Of a DNA stretch of 64,000 bases, positions 9,756 through 17,915 are shown one piece after another (the stretch's first letter is position 1; each line of letters begins with the position of its first letter). Location of the stretch: assembly GCA_017620815.1 (NCBI GenBank), contig JAGAUI010000001.1:4774-68773 (forward strand), read 5' to 3'. Position numbers and translations under genes: made by a program. The stretch is from Flavobacteriales bacterium. GTDB taxonomy: Bacteria > Bacteroidota > Bacteroidia > Flavobacteriales > UBA1820. Below the pieces are notes generated by a model that saw only the letters and a program-made list of their open reading frames with translations, searched no databases and was not told the DNA's origin.

Positions 9756-11360
9756 ATGATGGCAAGACTTCTTTTTTTCCTCATTCTTTTTTCCAGTTCT
9801 TTCCTCTATGGTCAGGACAAGGATATCATAAGCCTAGGACACTTACCCTACCCTTCACATCTACTTAATTGCGTGTGGGGATATAGCGATAGCGGGGGGA
9901 AAGAATATGCATTGGTAGGGACATATGACGGGATATCCATAGTAGATGTAAGCAATCCCTCTTCCCCTTGTGAGATGCACTTTATCCCTACAGTCAATTC
10001 GGTATGGAAAGACATTCACACATACTCACACTATGCCTACATAGTCCACGGCATATACAACGGCACACTAGATGACGCCGATGGTCTTCTCATCATAGAC
10101 CTAGACGGGATAAACAGTAGCGATATCACCCCATACATCTACCACTATAAGACCCCCGAATACCAGACAGCACACAATATATTTATAGATGAAAAGAAAG
10201 GCTTGGCTTATCTTTTTGGTGTGCAAGAAAGGGGAGGTGCCCTCATACTTGACATAAAAGAAAACCCTACATCTCCATCCCCCATAGGCATCTATGATGG
10301 CACATACCTTCACGATGGTTATGTGAGGGACGATATACTTTATGGCTGTGCCGACAAGGACGGACGTTTTATAATCATAGACGTAAGCAATCCTTCCTCG
10401 CCCATAGAGATAAATTCTGCCCAGACCCCCAATAGAACCACCCATAACGCTTGGCTTTCCGATGATGGCAGCACACTATTTACCACAGACGAAAAAATAA
10501 GTGCATACATATCATCATATGACGTGAGCGACCATCATAACATTCGTTCGTTAGGAAAAGTACGCACTGCCGACTACCAAGAGTCTATCCCACACAATGC
10601 CATGGTGGTAGGAGATTACATCTTCACATCTTACTACAACCAAGGCGTCAAGATATTTGATGCTTCACAGAAGGATAATATGATAGAAGTAGCCTCATAC
10701 CAGACGTGTCGAGGAGGGACGAGGGGTCAGTTTGATGGAGCATGGGGAATATACCCATATCTACCTTCGGGGATAATACTTGTATCCGATATGAACACAG
10801 GACTGCATATTTTACGTCCACACCTTCTAAAAGCCTCATACATAAGAGGAACTATAACAGATGTTCACGGGGAGCCTATATTCAACGCTTCTATACGTTT
10901 TACCGATGATAAAAGCTGTACATATAGTGAAATGGACGGAAGCTTCCGCACAGGTAGCACCACAGAAGGTTTAAGAGAGATAGAGGTAAGTGCCTATGGT
11001 TATCATAGTGTAAGTATGGACGTGGATATGCGTAGTGGACATACTGCTACTAGAAATATAATACTGGAAAAGATAGATGACTCTTCCTTATCACAACTAA
11101 TGGAGACCTATGTACGTGCCTACCCAAATCCTTTTTATGAAGACCGATTACTCAATGTGGATTATAGTTTTGAGGGAGGGATAGATAACCGTGCATATCT
11201 AGAGGTAATGGATATGGCAGGACGTCCGCTCTACCACCAAGACCTTTACAGTAGTCAAGGCATAGTAATCATAGGTAAAGAACTCCCACGGGGGACTTAT
11301 CTTTTAAGGGTTGTAAATGGCACACGTTACAGCAGAGTGATAAAAATAGTAAAGGCATAA
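9756..11360 (+). CDS. secreted LVIVD-repeat beta-propeller protein with a CarboxypepD_reg-like domain and a T9SS C-terminal sorting domain
   Basis: Signal peptide, repeated xxIVDVSNPSSP / LLIIDL / FIIIDVSNPSSP motifs, IRGTITDVHGEPIFNASIRF, and a C-terminus YPNPF...GTYLLRVVNGTRYSRVIKIVKA typical of a T9SS CTD. Confidence 0.7.
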   Translation: MMARLLFFLILFSSSFLYGQDKDIISLGHLPYPSHLLNCVWGYSDSGGKEYALVGTYDGISIVDVSNPSSPCEMHFIPTVNSVWKDIHTYSHYAYIVHGIYNGTLDDADGLLIIDLDGINSSDITPYIYHYKTPEYQTAHNIFIDEKKGLAYLFGVQERGGALILDIKENPTSPSPIGIYDGTYLHDGYVRDDILYGCADKDGRFIIIDVSNPSSPIEINSAQTPNRTTHNAWLSDDGSTLFTTDEKISAYISSYDVSDHHNIRSLGKVRTADYQESIPHNAMVVGDYIFTSYYNQGVKIFDASQKDNMIEVASYQTCRGGTRGQFDGAWGIYPYLPSGIILVSDMNTGLHILRPHLLKASYIRGTITDVHGEPIFNASIRFTDDKSCTYSEMDGSFRTGSTTEGLREIEVSAYGYHSVSMDVDMRSGHTATRNIILEKIDDSSLSQLMETYVRAYPNPFYEDRLLNVDYSFEGGIDNRAYLEVMDMAGRPLYHQDLYSSQGIVIIGKELPRGTYLLRVVNGTRYSRVIKIVKA

Positions 11361-11390
11361 AAAAAACGCCGCCCTACGGGCGGCGTTCCA
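11360..11390. terminator. bidirectional intrinsic terminator
   Basis: Stem AACGCCGCCC / GGGCGGCGTT flanked by an A-run and T-rich sequence, between convergent genes. Confidence 0.75.
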
Positions 11391-11393
11391 TAT

Positions 11394-12137
11394 TTATTTA
11401 TTGGCTACTTTGATGTATTCTTCCAGAGCTTTGGTCATTGATGGCATTTCGGGGGTAGGAGCTTTTATCTCAACCACCAGTCCTGCTGCCTCGGCTTCTT
11501 TTATAGTAGAAAGGCCAAAGGCCGCTATACGCGTATCTTCCTGTTTATATGCAGGAAAAGCATTATACCAAGACTTCACACCAGCTGGAGTAAAGAAGAC
11601 CATTACGTCATATTTTTTATCGGCCAGTGGGCTTAAATCTGAATTGACGTTATTATACATGACCACACGTTCCCAATTTACTCCCAATCCATCAAGAGCC
11701 GCCGATATCTCTGGACGCAATGTGTCTGATGTGGGCATTAGGAAATTTTCTGTCTTGTGTTTTTTTATCACTTTGAGCAGGTCATCAAATGTCTTACCGC
11801 CAATGTATATCTTGCGTTTACGATAAACCACATACTTCTGGAGATAATATGCCACTGTTTCTGTCTGGCAGAAATACTTCATGTCGTCTGGCACCTTGAA
11901 TCGCATCTCTTCGGCTATGCGGAAGTAATGGTCCACAGAATTCTTACTGTTAAATATAACAGCCGAGTAGTTTTTAAGGTCTATCTTCTGTTTACGCACC
12001 AGTGAAGCATCTATACCCTCCACATATGAAAAAGGGAAGAAATCCACCTTTACATTTTGTTTTTGGGCGAGTTCGTGGTATGGTGAACTCTCTGCTTTGG
12101 GCGATGGTTGAGAGACCAAGATTGTTTTTACCTTCAT
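11394..12137 (-). CDS. hemD: uroporphyrinogen-III synthase family protein
   Basis: MKVKTILVSQPSPK... is the pattern of Bacteroidota HemD-like proteins. It sits downstream of a DUF4271 gene, which is conserved synteny. The ORF is open to 12170; ATG 12137 is preferred. Confidence 0.7.
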   Translation of the reverse strand: MKVKTILVSQPSPKAESSPYHELAQKQNVKVDFFPFSYVEGIDASLVRKQKIDLKNYSAVIFNSKNSVDHYFRIAEEMRFKVPDDMKYFCQTETVAYYLQKYVVYRKRKIYIGGKTFDDLLKVIKKHKTENFLMPTSDTLRPEISAALDGLGVNWERVVMYNNVNSDLSPLADKKYDVMVFFTPAGVKSWYNAFPAYKQEDTRIAAFGLSTIKEAEAAGLVVEIKAPTPEMPSMTKALEEYIKVANK

Positions 12138-12185
12138 TTTTTCAAAAAAAATAAATTTATCTGTTTGCACAGAAATGGTTATAGA

Positions 12186-12860
12186 TTAGGTTGTTAGGAC
12201 GTTTTTTACCCAAATCCACGCCAAAATTATAGGGCAAATTTGGATTGTGCAAAGATAAAAAATAAAAAAAAAAAAGTAAGCCTTACCACGCATTAAAAAT
12301 TCACCCATTTTAAGTAAATACAATAACACTCCTATTCCTAGCAATATCACTACCCACACATCACTTATCACCATATTAAATCCCTTCATTGCATACCACA
12401 TCATAAAAAACAATCCTCCTCCCCACACTACAATAGAAAGACGCATAGCTATGATACGTTCACCTATCATCGGTGCTATATCCTCCACCTCAAACACCCA
12501 AAAGAGAAATTTATCTACCGCCCATTTCATTACGAGTAACGCTATCCCCACACCAAAAACTACCAGCCAATCTGTGAAAATAGGACTATACCCTACACTG
12601 TTTCTATACCACCACAAGTATAAAATTATAGAAAGCACATACACATACAGCAGAGAAGATATTACGCCGTATGTCATTTCTCCTCTAGAGGCTCTATGAG
12701 GCTCATCGGTAGGGGTATCACCCAGTGTGAATAGACTCAACACATCTCTATTAAACTTTCTGGGATACACATAACGCAATAGAGCCACCACCACACCTGC
12801 TATGAGCAGTGTGAAAAACAACACATCGTCTATATTTTGGGTTTTGGATATCTCTATCAT
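12186..12860 (-). CDS. DUF4271-like multi-pass membrane protein
   Basis: 224 aa with about 6 hydrophobic helices. The position between the GT39-like gene and hemD matches what I recall for Bacteroidota. It contains an A12 (coding T12, FFFF) tract at 12264-12275. Confidence 0.5.
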   Translation of the reverse strand: MIEISKTQNIDDVLFFTLLIAGVVVALLRYVYPRKFNRDVLSLFTLGDTPTDEPHRASRGEMTYGVISSLLYVYVLSIILYLWWYRNSVGYSPIFTDWLVVFGVGIALLVMKWAVDKFLFWVFEVEDIAPMIGERIIAMRLSIVVWGGGLFFMMWYAMKGFNMVISDVWVVILLGIGVLLYLLKMGEFLMRGKAYFFFFIFYLCTIQICPIILAWIWVKNVLTT

Positions 12861-12862
12861 CT

Positions 12863-14242
12863 TTATTTCACAGGTGAGTCCACTCTCACACTATCCACAT
12901 GGAAATTCTCAATCCATCTACCTCTTAAAGTATCTCCATCGGGGCATAATATCTCTATACTTGAATCCTCTTTTCCAGAGCCTAGATACAGGACTTTTTT
13001 CCCCGTTATGCTATCTATAATAGGAAGATAGTCAAACTGATTTGAACGACGAGTAGGCGAATTATATGTCCATGCAGTATTGTCTGTAAGATATGTGTAC
13101 ATAGACGGCTTCTGATAACTATCTCGGAATACCACAGGGTTATCACCTGCCACCTGTTCTATCGCTTCACCCCACTGCTCTTGGTTGTGATAAGGAGTAG
13201 GAAGACCAGGTATTAGGAGCAATATACGAGCTATCAATAGCAGCACTGCAGCAAACAGCGTCCCGAAAAGGAAAAATCTAGCACGAGTCTCATTCTGCAC
13301 CGCCCAAGGATGACAGAAATATATCCCCGGTATTACGGCAACTATAGTCCAGTGTGGTTCTACATGTCCCTTAAATGTCATGAGAAGGAAAAATCCCAAA
13401 AATCCCCAAAATATAAACCTCATGGTACGAGATAGCGAGGTACGAGCCTTACTCTTAAAGACCGCTATGAGCATCATTGGCAATGTGAATGGCCCCAGCA
13501 CCGCCAACTGATTAAGAGGATATTCCCATGTGTATAAGAAACGGTATGCTTTGGCTGAACGCTGTACAAGATGATATTTAAGCGAAGGAAAATCATTTTC
13601 TATCTGCCATACTATATGTGGCATAAAACATAGCGTAGCCACCAGTAGAGCTATATAAAAATACTTATTACGCAATAATTGCAAATTTGATAATATAACC
13701 AATAGCAAAAGTAAAGCTCCGTGGTATTTACTATATAGCATCGCAGCTGCCAGTAGCCCCATAAACACAGCTCTACTCACACTACGGCTGTAAAGGAATC
13801 TCTTATACACATAGAGAAACAGTGCCGCAAAAACCAGCAGAGGAGCATCTGGGACTAGGATAAAACCATAGACATTAACCATAGGGATAGACAATGCCAG
13901 AAGGATATAGACATTTACATAACGCCATTTTTCCTTGTATTCCAGCACTCTCCATGCCGCCCATAGGAAAACAGTAGATGAAAGTGCCGCAAATAACCTC
14001 ACGCCAAAATCCTTACCCAAAAGAGCAAGTCCCATCTTGACAAACACACCCACCATAGGCGGATGGTCAAAATATCCCCAAGCAGGATAAAGAGCATAGA
14101 TATAATAATATGGTTCGTCTTCATTAAATCCAGAAAAGACACCTTGCAGGTAACTCATAACAAACCAAAATACCAAAAACGCCCAAAAACGTCTTTTGGC
14201 AACAGACTTATCACGAGTAGTAAGTATATTAAGTGCGTTCAT
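12863..14242 (-). CDS. glycosyltransferase family 39 / ArnT-like membrane glycosyltransferase
   Basis: 459 aa, polytopic, with an N-terminal FNEDEPYYYIYALYPAWGYFDHPPM motif typical of PMT/ArnT-type transferases. Confidence 0.6.
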   Translation of the reverse strand: MNALNILTTRDKSVAKRRFWAFLVFWFVMSYLQGVFSGFNEDEPYYYIYALYPAWGYFDHPPMVGVFVKMGLALLGKDFGVRLFAALSSTVFLWAAWRVLEYKEKWRYVNVYILLALSIPMVNVYGFILVPDAPLLVFAALFLYVYKRFLYSRSVSRAVFMGLLAAAMLYSKYHGALLLLLVILSNLQLLRNKYFYIALLVATLCFMPHIVWQIENDFPSLKYHLVQRSAKAYRFLYTWEYPLNQLAVLGPFTLPMMLIAVFKSKARTSLSRTMRFIFWGFLGFFLLMTFKGHVEPHWTIVAVIPGIYFCHPWAVQNETRARFFLFGTLFAAVLLLIARILLLIPGLPTPYHNQEQWGEAIEQVAGDNPVVFRDSYQKPSMYTYLTDNTAWTYNSPTRRSNQFDYLPIIDSITGKKVLYLGSGKEDSSIEILCPDGDTLRGRWIENFHVDSVRVDSPVK

Positions 14243-14262
14243 CAGTAGTAGTATTTAAGTCA

Positions 14263-16110
14263 TTACTGCAAAAGACTCTCGCCTTCGCTTTTTTTATAGG
14301 ACAGGATATATAGAGCAGTATTTTCATAACCTCCGCCGCTATGCATACGATAATAATAACGTCCTGCTATTCCTTGCGTAGTATAAACACCCACTCTCTC
14401 GCTAGAAGACGTTTCCACAGCCTTTATATAACGGGACAGCATATCATATGTCACATCAAATCCTTGTATCGCATATTGAGATGGAACCTGATGAAAACGC
14501 GCACGATATGCCGTTACAAAATCATCATATCCAGCATGTGATTTATCCTCATAATAACTGCTTGTATATATAAATGTCATAGCTGTTGCCTTGCTTCCAC
14601 TCAATGCCTGCATAGCACGACGTCCACGAGCATCGGCTCCTATGGCATAGATTTTAACATGAGGCAAATCTCCTTCAGGTATATCCATAGATTCTGTGAG
14701 AGAGTTCATTACATCGGCACTAATGGTAGATGCTGCGACTGTATTATAACCATCTGTGAATTTTTCCATTAGTCTATAAGCACAGCTATCGGTAGTAAGT
14801 GGCATTTCCAGCACATTGCCAACCCCCACACGTGATACCAGACGAGCCTTGAGATACTGGTCATCTTCGGTAGTTTTTTCAGATGTAAGAAGAATGACTT
14901 TGGTCTTGGAAGGGAGATTTTCCACCAGATAATCACCCATAGTCTCTTTGGCTGTAGATGACGAAGCTGTGGACTGCACCAGATGTGGGTATGAAGCTAT
15001 GTCATGACGTTGGGACAGTGGAGAGACTACAAGTGCTGGCGATGAAGAAGCCAAACTCTTCACTACAAATTCTGCCACCTCGGCAAAAAGTGGGCCTATC
15101 ACGACATCTGTCTGCGAAAAATCATTGTATGACACTATGCCACTGGCAGTAGATATATCACGACGGCTATCGTGAACCCTTGCTTGGATTCTCATTCCGT
15201 CTTTTCCCAGACTATCGAGAGCCATCAGGACTCCATTGTAAAACGTAAGAGCTGTACGAGATTCACGGAAGCGGTCTTTTTCTGGGAGAGACTCCATTTG
15301 CTCTATCTTGTCTGTATAAAAAGGCAATATCACATCTACATTCACAACTGGAATATGCGAATATTTACCACTAGGAATAGTATCTATGACTATGGTATCA
15401 CTTACCACCACCGTATCTTTCACTTCTGGTTCTGCCACCACTATAGGGTGAGGGATACGCAATGTCTCTCCTATACGTGGCATTTCTGTCCTCAAATGAG
15501 GGTTCATAGCACACAACTGTTCTTCTGTGATACCATAATGACGGGATATGCCATATTTGGTCTCTTTGGGACGTACAACATGAAATGTAGAAGTTGTCTG
15601 CACGCCCTGCATATTTTCTATGGCAGCTATGTTTTGTGTGGACTGTTCTTTCTGCTCTTGAGTGAGGACAGGTATTTTAAGCACCATACCTGCTTGCAAT
15701 CCCAATGTCTGAAGTATAGGGTTAAGACGCGTTAAGTCATCCTGTGTAATAGAATATCGACGAGATATGCCGTATTTGGTTTCTTTGGGAAGGACGGTAT
15801 GCTCTATAAATTCTGCATCGGTAAAGTCTATTTCCTTTACCACCATCTGGGTGTTATATGGAGTATCTACCGCAGGAGTGGATGGAATGACATCACTATC
15901 GGGGATAATGATGATATCACCCTTTTTAAGCGGGGTGTCCTTATACACCGAATTATAATGTCGCAATGTCTCTACCGAAAGTTTATATTTTCCGGCTATT
16001 TTTTCCATCGTGTCTCCACGACGAGCTTTATATGTTTTTATGTTTTGTGAGTATGCATCAGACAGGGCTATCATCACGAGCAAACCCAAAAGCAACACTT
16101 TGTTTTTCAT
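14263..16110 (-). CDS. LysM-repeat peptidoglycan-binding protein with a periplasmic-binding-protein-like C-terminal domain
   Basis: Signal peptide and three LysM-like repeats (YKARRGDTMEKIAGKYKLSVETL, HTVLPKETKYGISRRYSITQDDL, HVVRPKETKYGISRHYGITEEQL). Confidence 0.75.
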   Translation of the reverse strand: MKNKVLLLGLLVMIALSDAYSQNIKTYKARRGDTMEKIAGKYKLSVETLRHYNSVYKDTPLKKGDIIIIPDSDVIPSTPAVDTPYNTQMVVKEIDFTDAEFIEHTVLPKETKYGISRRYSITQDDLTRLNPILQTLGLQAGMVLKIPVLTQEQKEQSTQNIAAIENMQGVQTTSTFHVVRPKETKYGISRHYGITEEQLCAMNPHLRTEMPRIGETLRIPHPIVVAEPEVKDTVVVSDTIVIDTIPSGKYSHIPVVNVDVILPFYTDKIEQMESLPEKDRFRESRTALTFYNGVLMALDSLGKDGMRIQARVHDSRRDISTASGIVSYNDFSQTDVVIGPLFAEVAEFVVKSLASSSPALVVSPLSQRHDIASYPHLVQSTASSSTAKETMGDYLVENLPSKTKVILLTSEKTTEDDQYLKARLVSRVGVGNVLEMPLTTDSCAYRLMEKFTDGYNTVAASTISADVMNSLTESMDIPEGDLPHVKIYAIGADARGRRAMQALSGSKATAMTFIYTSSYYEDKSHAGYDDFVTAYRARFHQVPSQYAIQGFDVTYDMLSRYIKAVETSSSERVGVYTTQGIAGRYYYRMHSGGGYENTALYILSYKKSEGESLLQ

Positions 16111-16221
16111 ATACTTATATCTCTTGTCTTATGGATAATTTACACCAAACCCAATATGCAAAGATAAGTATAAATATCTGTAAAGAATAGTTTTATTTGG
16201 GGTTTTTACAGGGCTTTTAGC

Positions 16222-16262
16222 GACAATAAAAACGGCAGCCGCAGGCTGCCGTTTTTATTGTC
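16222..16262 (-). terminator. strong hairpin terminator; probably the displaced original terminator of the GMP-synthase paralogue
   Basis: Perfect 19-bp stem GACAATAAAAACGGCAGCC / GGCTGCCGTTTTTATTGTC with a 3-nt loop. It lies immediately 3' (minus sense) of the orphan VEWE-stop remnant. Confidence 0.7.
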
Positions 16263-16274
16263 AAGCGACTATCT

Positions 16275-16289
16275 TTATTACTCCCACTC
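16275..16289. repeat. left copy of a 15-bp direct repeat (TTATTACTCCCACTC); orphan GMP-synthase C-terminal codons (VEWE, stop, stop on the minus strand)
   Basis: 14/15 identical to 17901-17915 in the same orientation. Confidence 0.7.
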
Positions 16290-16371
16290 GACTAGATATG
16301 TTAATTTATTGCTGAATGTTTTAACTTTATTATCAATACTTTAACCCTAAATTTTGCCTTTTGGAATGGCT

Positions 16372-16395
16372 ACTGGTGTCAAGAACTGGTGTCAA
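16372..16395. repeat. tandem 11-mer ACTGGTGTCAA x2 (2-nt spacer) at the inner left edge of the islet
   Basis: Exact copies at 16372-16382 and 16385-16395, read directly. Confidence 0.8.
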
Positions 16396-16400
16396 AGTGG

Positions 16401-17468
16401 TTATTTGATAGGTTCTACTGTATATCCTTGTGAAGTGGCAAAATCTATAATTGCTCCAATATTATGACAACCAATTTGTGTTGTAAAAGCAAAACTTATG
16501 CCGTCTGCACTTGTCATTAAATCATTTTCAAACCAACGAGTGTCTTTGGTTAAGTCATTTGAGTTTTCTTTTCGTTTTTGTATTTCCGAATACTTTTCTA
16601 TACCAAATGGAATTGCATTTACAATTTCATAATATGTAAGTTGAGGGTTATTTCTTACAAACAACTGTACTATGGATAATGCTAAACGACCTTTACCATA
16701 GTTGCCATATCCATTAAGTCTGTAGTGAGTATGGTCTAAATGTTTATTTTTTGTTATAGTATGTTGTTTTGTCAATGGAGTATCTTGTATCTGTTGTTGT
16801 ATTCGTAATTGTTTTTTACGAATGATATTGATTTCTATTTCATTTGTGATTTTTTCAATATCCTCAGTACTATACCCATTGTTTATCAATTTTGTGTTTA
16901 ACAATTCAATAAATAATTGCTTGCCTTTTTCTGTTGTAAGTTCGTTAATAAACTCGTTTATCTCTTTTTGCTTTTCTTGTTTTGCTATTTGAGCAATGCA
17001 AAAATTAGTAAGTTGTTCGGTATTGAAATTTTCTTGTTTGAAATGTTCAATAAAGTTTTTACCATTTTTAGAGTTTTCTACGAAGTCAATTTTTAATACA
17101 CTTACAGGTTCTTTGCCAAACTCATAATAAAACAATTCTATAAGTTCTCCCATATATATACCAAATTGCACTGGTAGTAATTTCATATATGAGAAAAGTT
17201 GTACTATTTCCTCTTTATTTTGAGTGTGGTTAGGTTTTTTCATTTCAATAACAAACAAAGGATTGTCGTTCTTGAAAAATACAATATCTGGATATACATA
17301 GTTTACTGTACTACCAACTCTTAATTGATATTGGTTTTCCACACGCTCGCAGTGCCAACCTAATAAATAACGAAAGTGTGTATAGACAAGTTCTTGATAT
17401 TCCTTTTCGGTTGCTTGCTTTGTTTTCTTATCTAATATGTCTTTACATATTGTGTTCCAAATATTCAT
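16401..17468 (-). CDS. hypothetical protein with an HsdR-N/Mrr-like PD-(D/E)xK nuclease-type N-domain, a coiled-coil and an unassigned C-terminal domain
   Basis: 355 aa. YPDIVFFKNDNPLFVIEMKKP...QLFSYM...FGIYMGELIELFYY fits the D...ExK restriction-endonuclease-like core. The gene is visibly more AT-rich than its flanks. Confidence 0.5.
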   Translation of the reverse strand: MNIWNTICKDILDKKTKQATEKEYQELVYTHFRYLLGWHCERVENQYQLRVGSTVNYVYPDIVFFKNDNPLFVIEMKKPNHTQNKEEIVQLFSYMKLLPVQFGIYMGELIELFYYEFGKEPVSVLKIDFVENSKNGKNFIEHFKQENFNTEQLTNFCIAQIAKQEKQKEINEFINELTTEKGKQLFIELLNTKLINNGYSTEDIEKITNEIEINIIRKKQLRIQQQIQDTPLTKQHTITKNKHLDHTHYRLNGYGNYGKGRLALSIVQLFVRNNPQLTYYEIVNAIPFGIEKYSEIQKRKENSNDLTKDTRWFENDLMTSADGISFAFTTQIGCHNIGAIIDFATSQGYTVEPIK

Positions 17469-17536
17469 TGTGCTATGTTTTAATGCACAAAGTTATTTAT
17501 TTATATTCATTTAATCAAGTGATATTCATAAATACA

Positions 17537-17569
17537 GTTATTGCTCCCGGCTTCGCCAGGAGCAATAAC
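17537..17569 (-). terminator. hairpin downstream of the small HTH gene
   Basis: Stem GTTATTGCTCC / GGAGCAATAAC around a GC-rich loop. Confidence 0.5.
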
Positions 17570-17587
17570 TTACAAACTAAATTCAAA

Positions 17588-17813
17588 TTAAATACTAAAT
17601 TCTCTTTTTACTCTTTGTACTGTACTAACGCTAACGCTTGTTAGTTTCGCTGTGTTGCGTACAGAGTAACCACTTCCACGCAGGAAATATCCTTTCCTTT
17701 TTAAACTTACTTATTTCCCTAGACCACAAATAATTTTTCTTTATCTTTATTATTTCAATCTCTGCAGCGAGATTATCATAAATCTCTTTATAAGTCATCG
17801 TATTACATATCAT
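17588..17813 (-). pseudogene. small HTH DNA-binding protein, frameshifted
   Basis: Frame A reads M(ICNTM)TYKEIYDNLAAEIEIIKIKKNYLWSREISKF. Frame B reads KRKGYFLRGSGYSVRNTAKLTSVSVSTVQRVKREFSI*, a clear HTH. The two join if the A5 run (plus-strand T5 at 17698-17702) is A4. Confidence 0.5.
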
Positions 17814-17835
17814 TGACTAATCAAAAACAATTTTT

Positions 17836-17883
17836 ATAAAATAAATTTCTAGCAGGATATATCCTACTAGAAATTTATTTTAT
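17836..17883 (-). terminator. 48-nt near-perfect palindrome immediately 3' of the GMP-synthase paralogue (current terminator, islet right edge)
   Basis: ATAAAATAAATTTCTAGCAGGATA / TATCCTACTAGAAATTTATTTTAT with a single C/A mismatch. Confidence 0.55.
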
Positions 17884-17900
17884 TCATAAAGATTTTTTAC

Positions 17901-17915
17901 TTATTATTCCCACTC
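17901..17915. repeat. right copy of the 15-bp direct repeat (TTATTATTCCCACTC); covers the stop codons and last codons of the GMP-synthase paralogue
   Basis: 14/15 identical to 16275-16289. Confidence 0.7.

Noticed and set aside
11365-11387. Near-identical GC-rich hairpins AACGCCGCCCT(A/G)CGGGCGGCGTT at 11365-11387 and 30919-30941 as a repeat or MITE family.
   Set aside because: Only the stem-loop itself is shared and the flanks are unrelated. Both sit exactly at gene ends with A/T runs. Independent intrinsic terminators are the simplest explanation.
15172-15735. Long antisense ORFs inside well-supported genes: 15172..15735, 4523..4918, 11401..11826, 23937..24359, 30258..30677, 44164..44568, 45955..46386, 53388..53753 and 57099..57533.
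   Set aside because: Each lies entirely within a strongly supported gene on the opposite strand and has no family resemblance. They show the odd composition typical of shadow ORFs.
17695-17705. Programmed ribosomal frameshift (IS3-like A-rich slippery site) in the small HTH gene.
   Set aside because: The required shift is +1, not the -1 used at A AAA AAG-type sites. No transposase-like downstream ORF exists, and the motif here is TTT AAA AAG G rather than a canonical heptamer.
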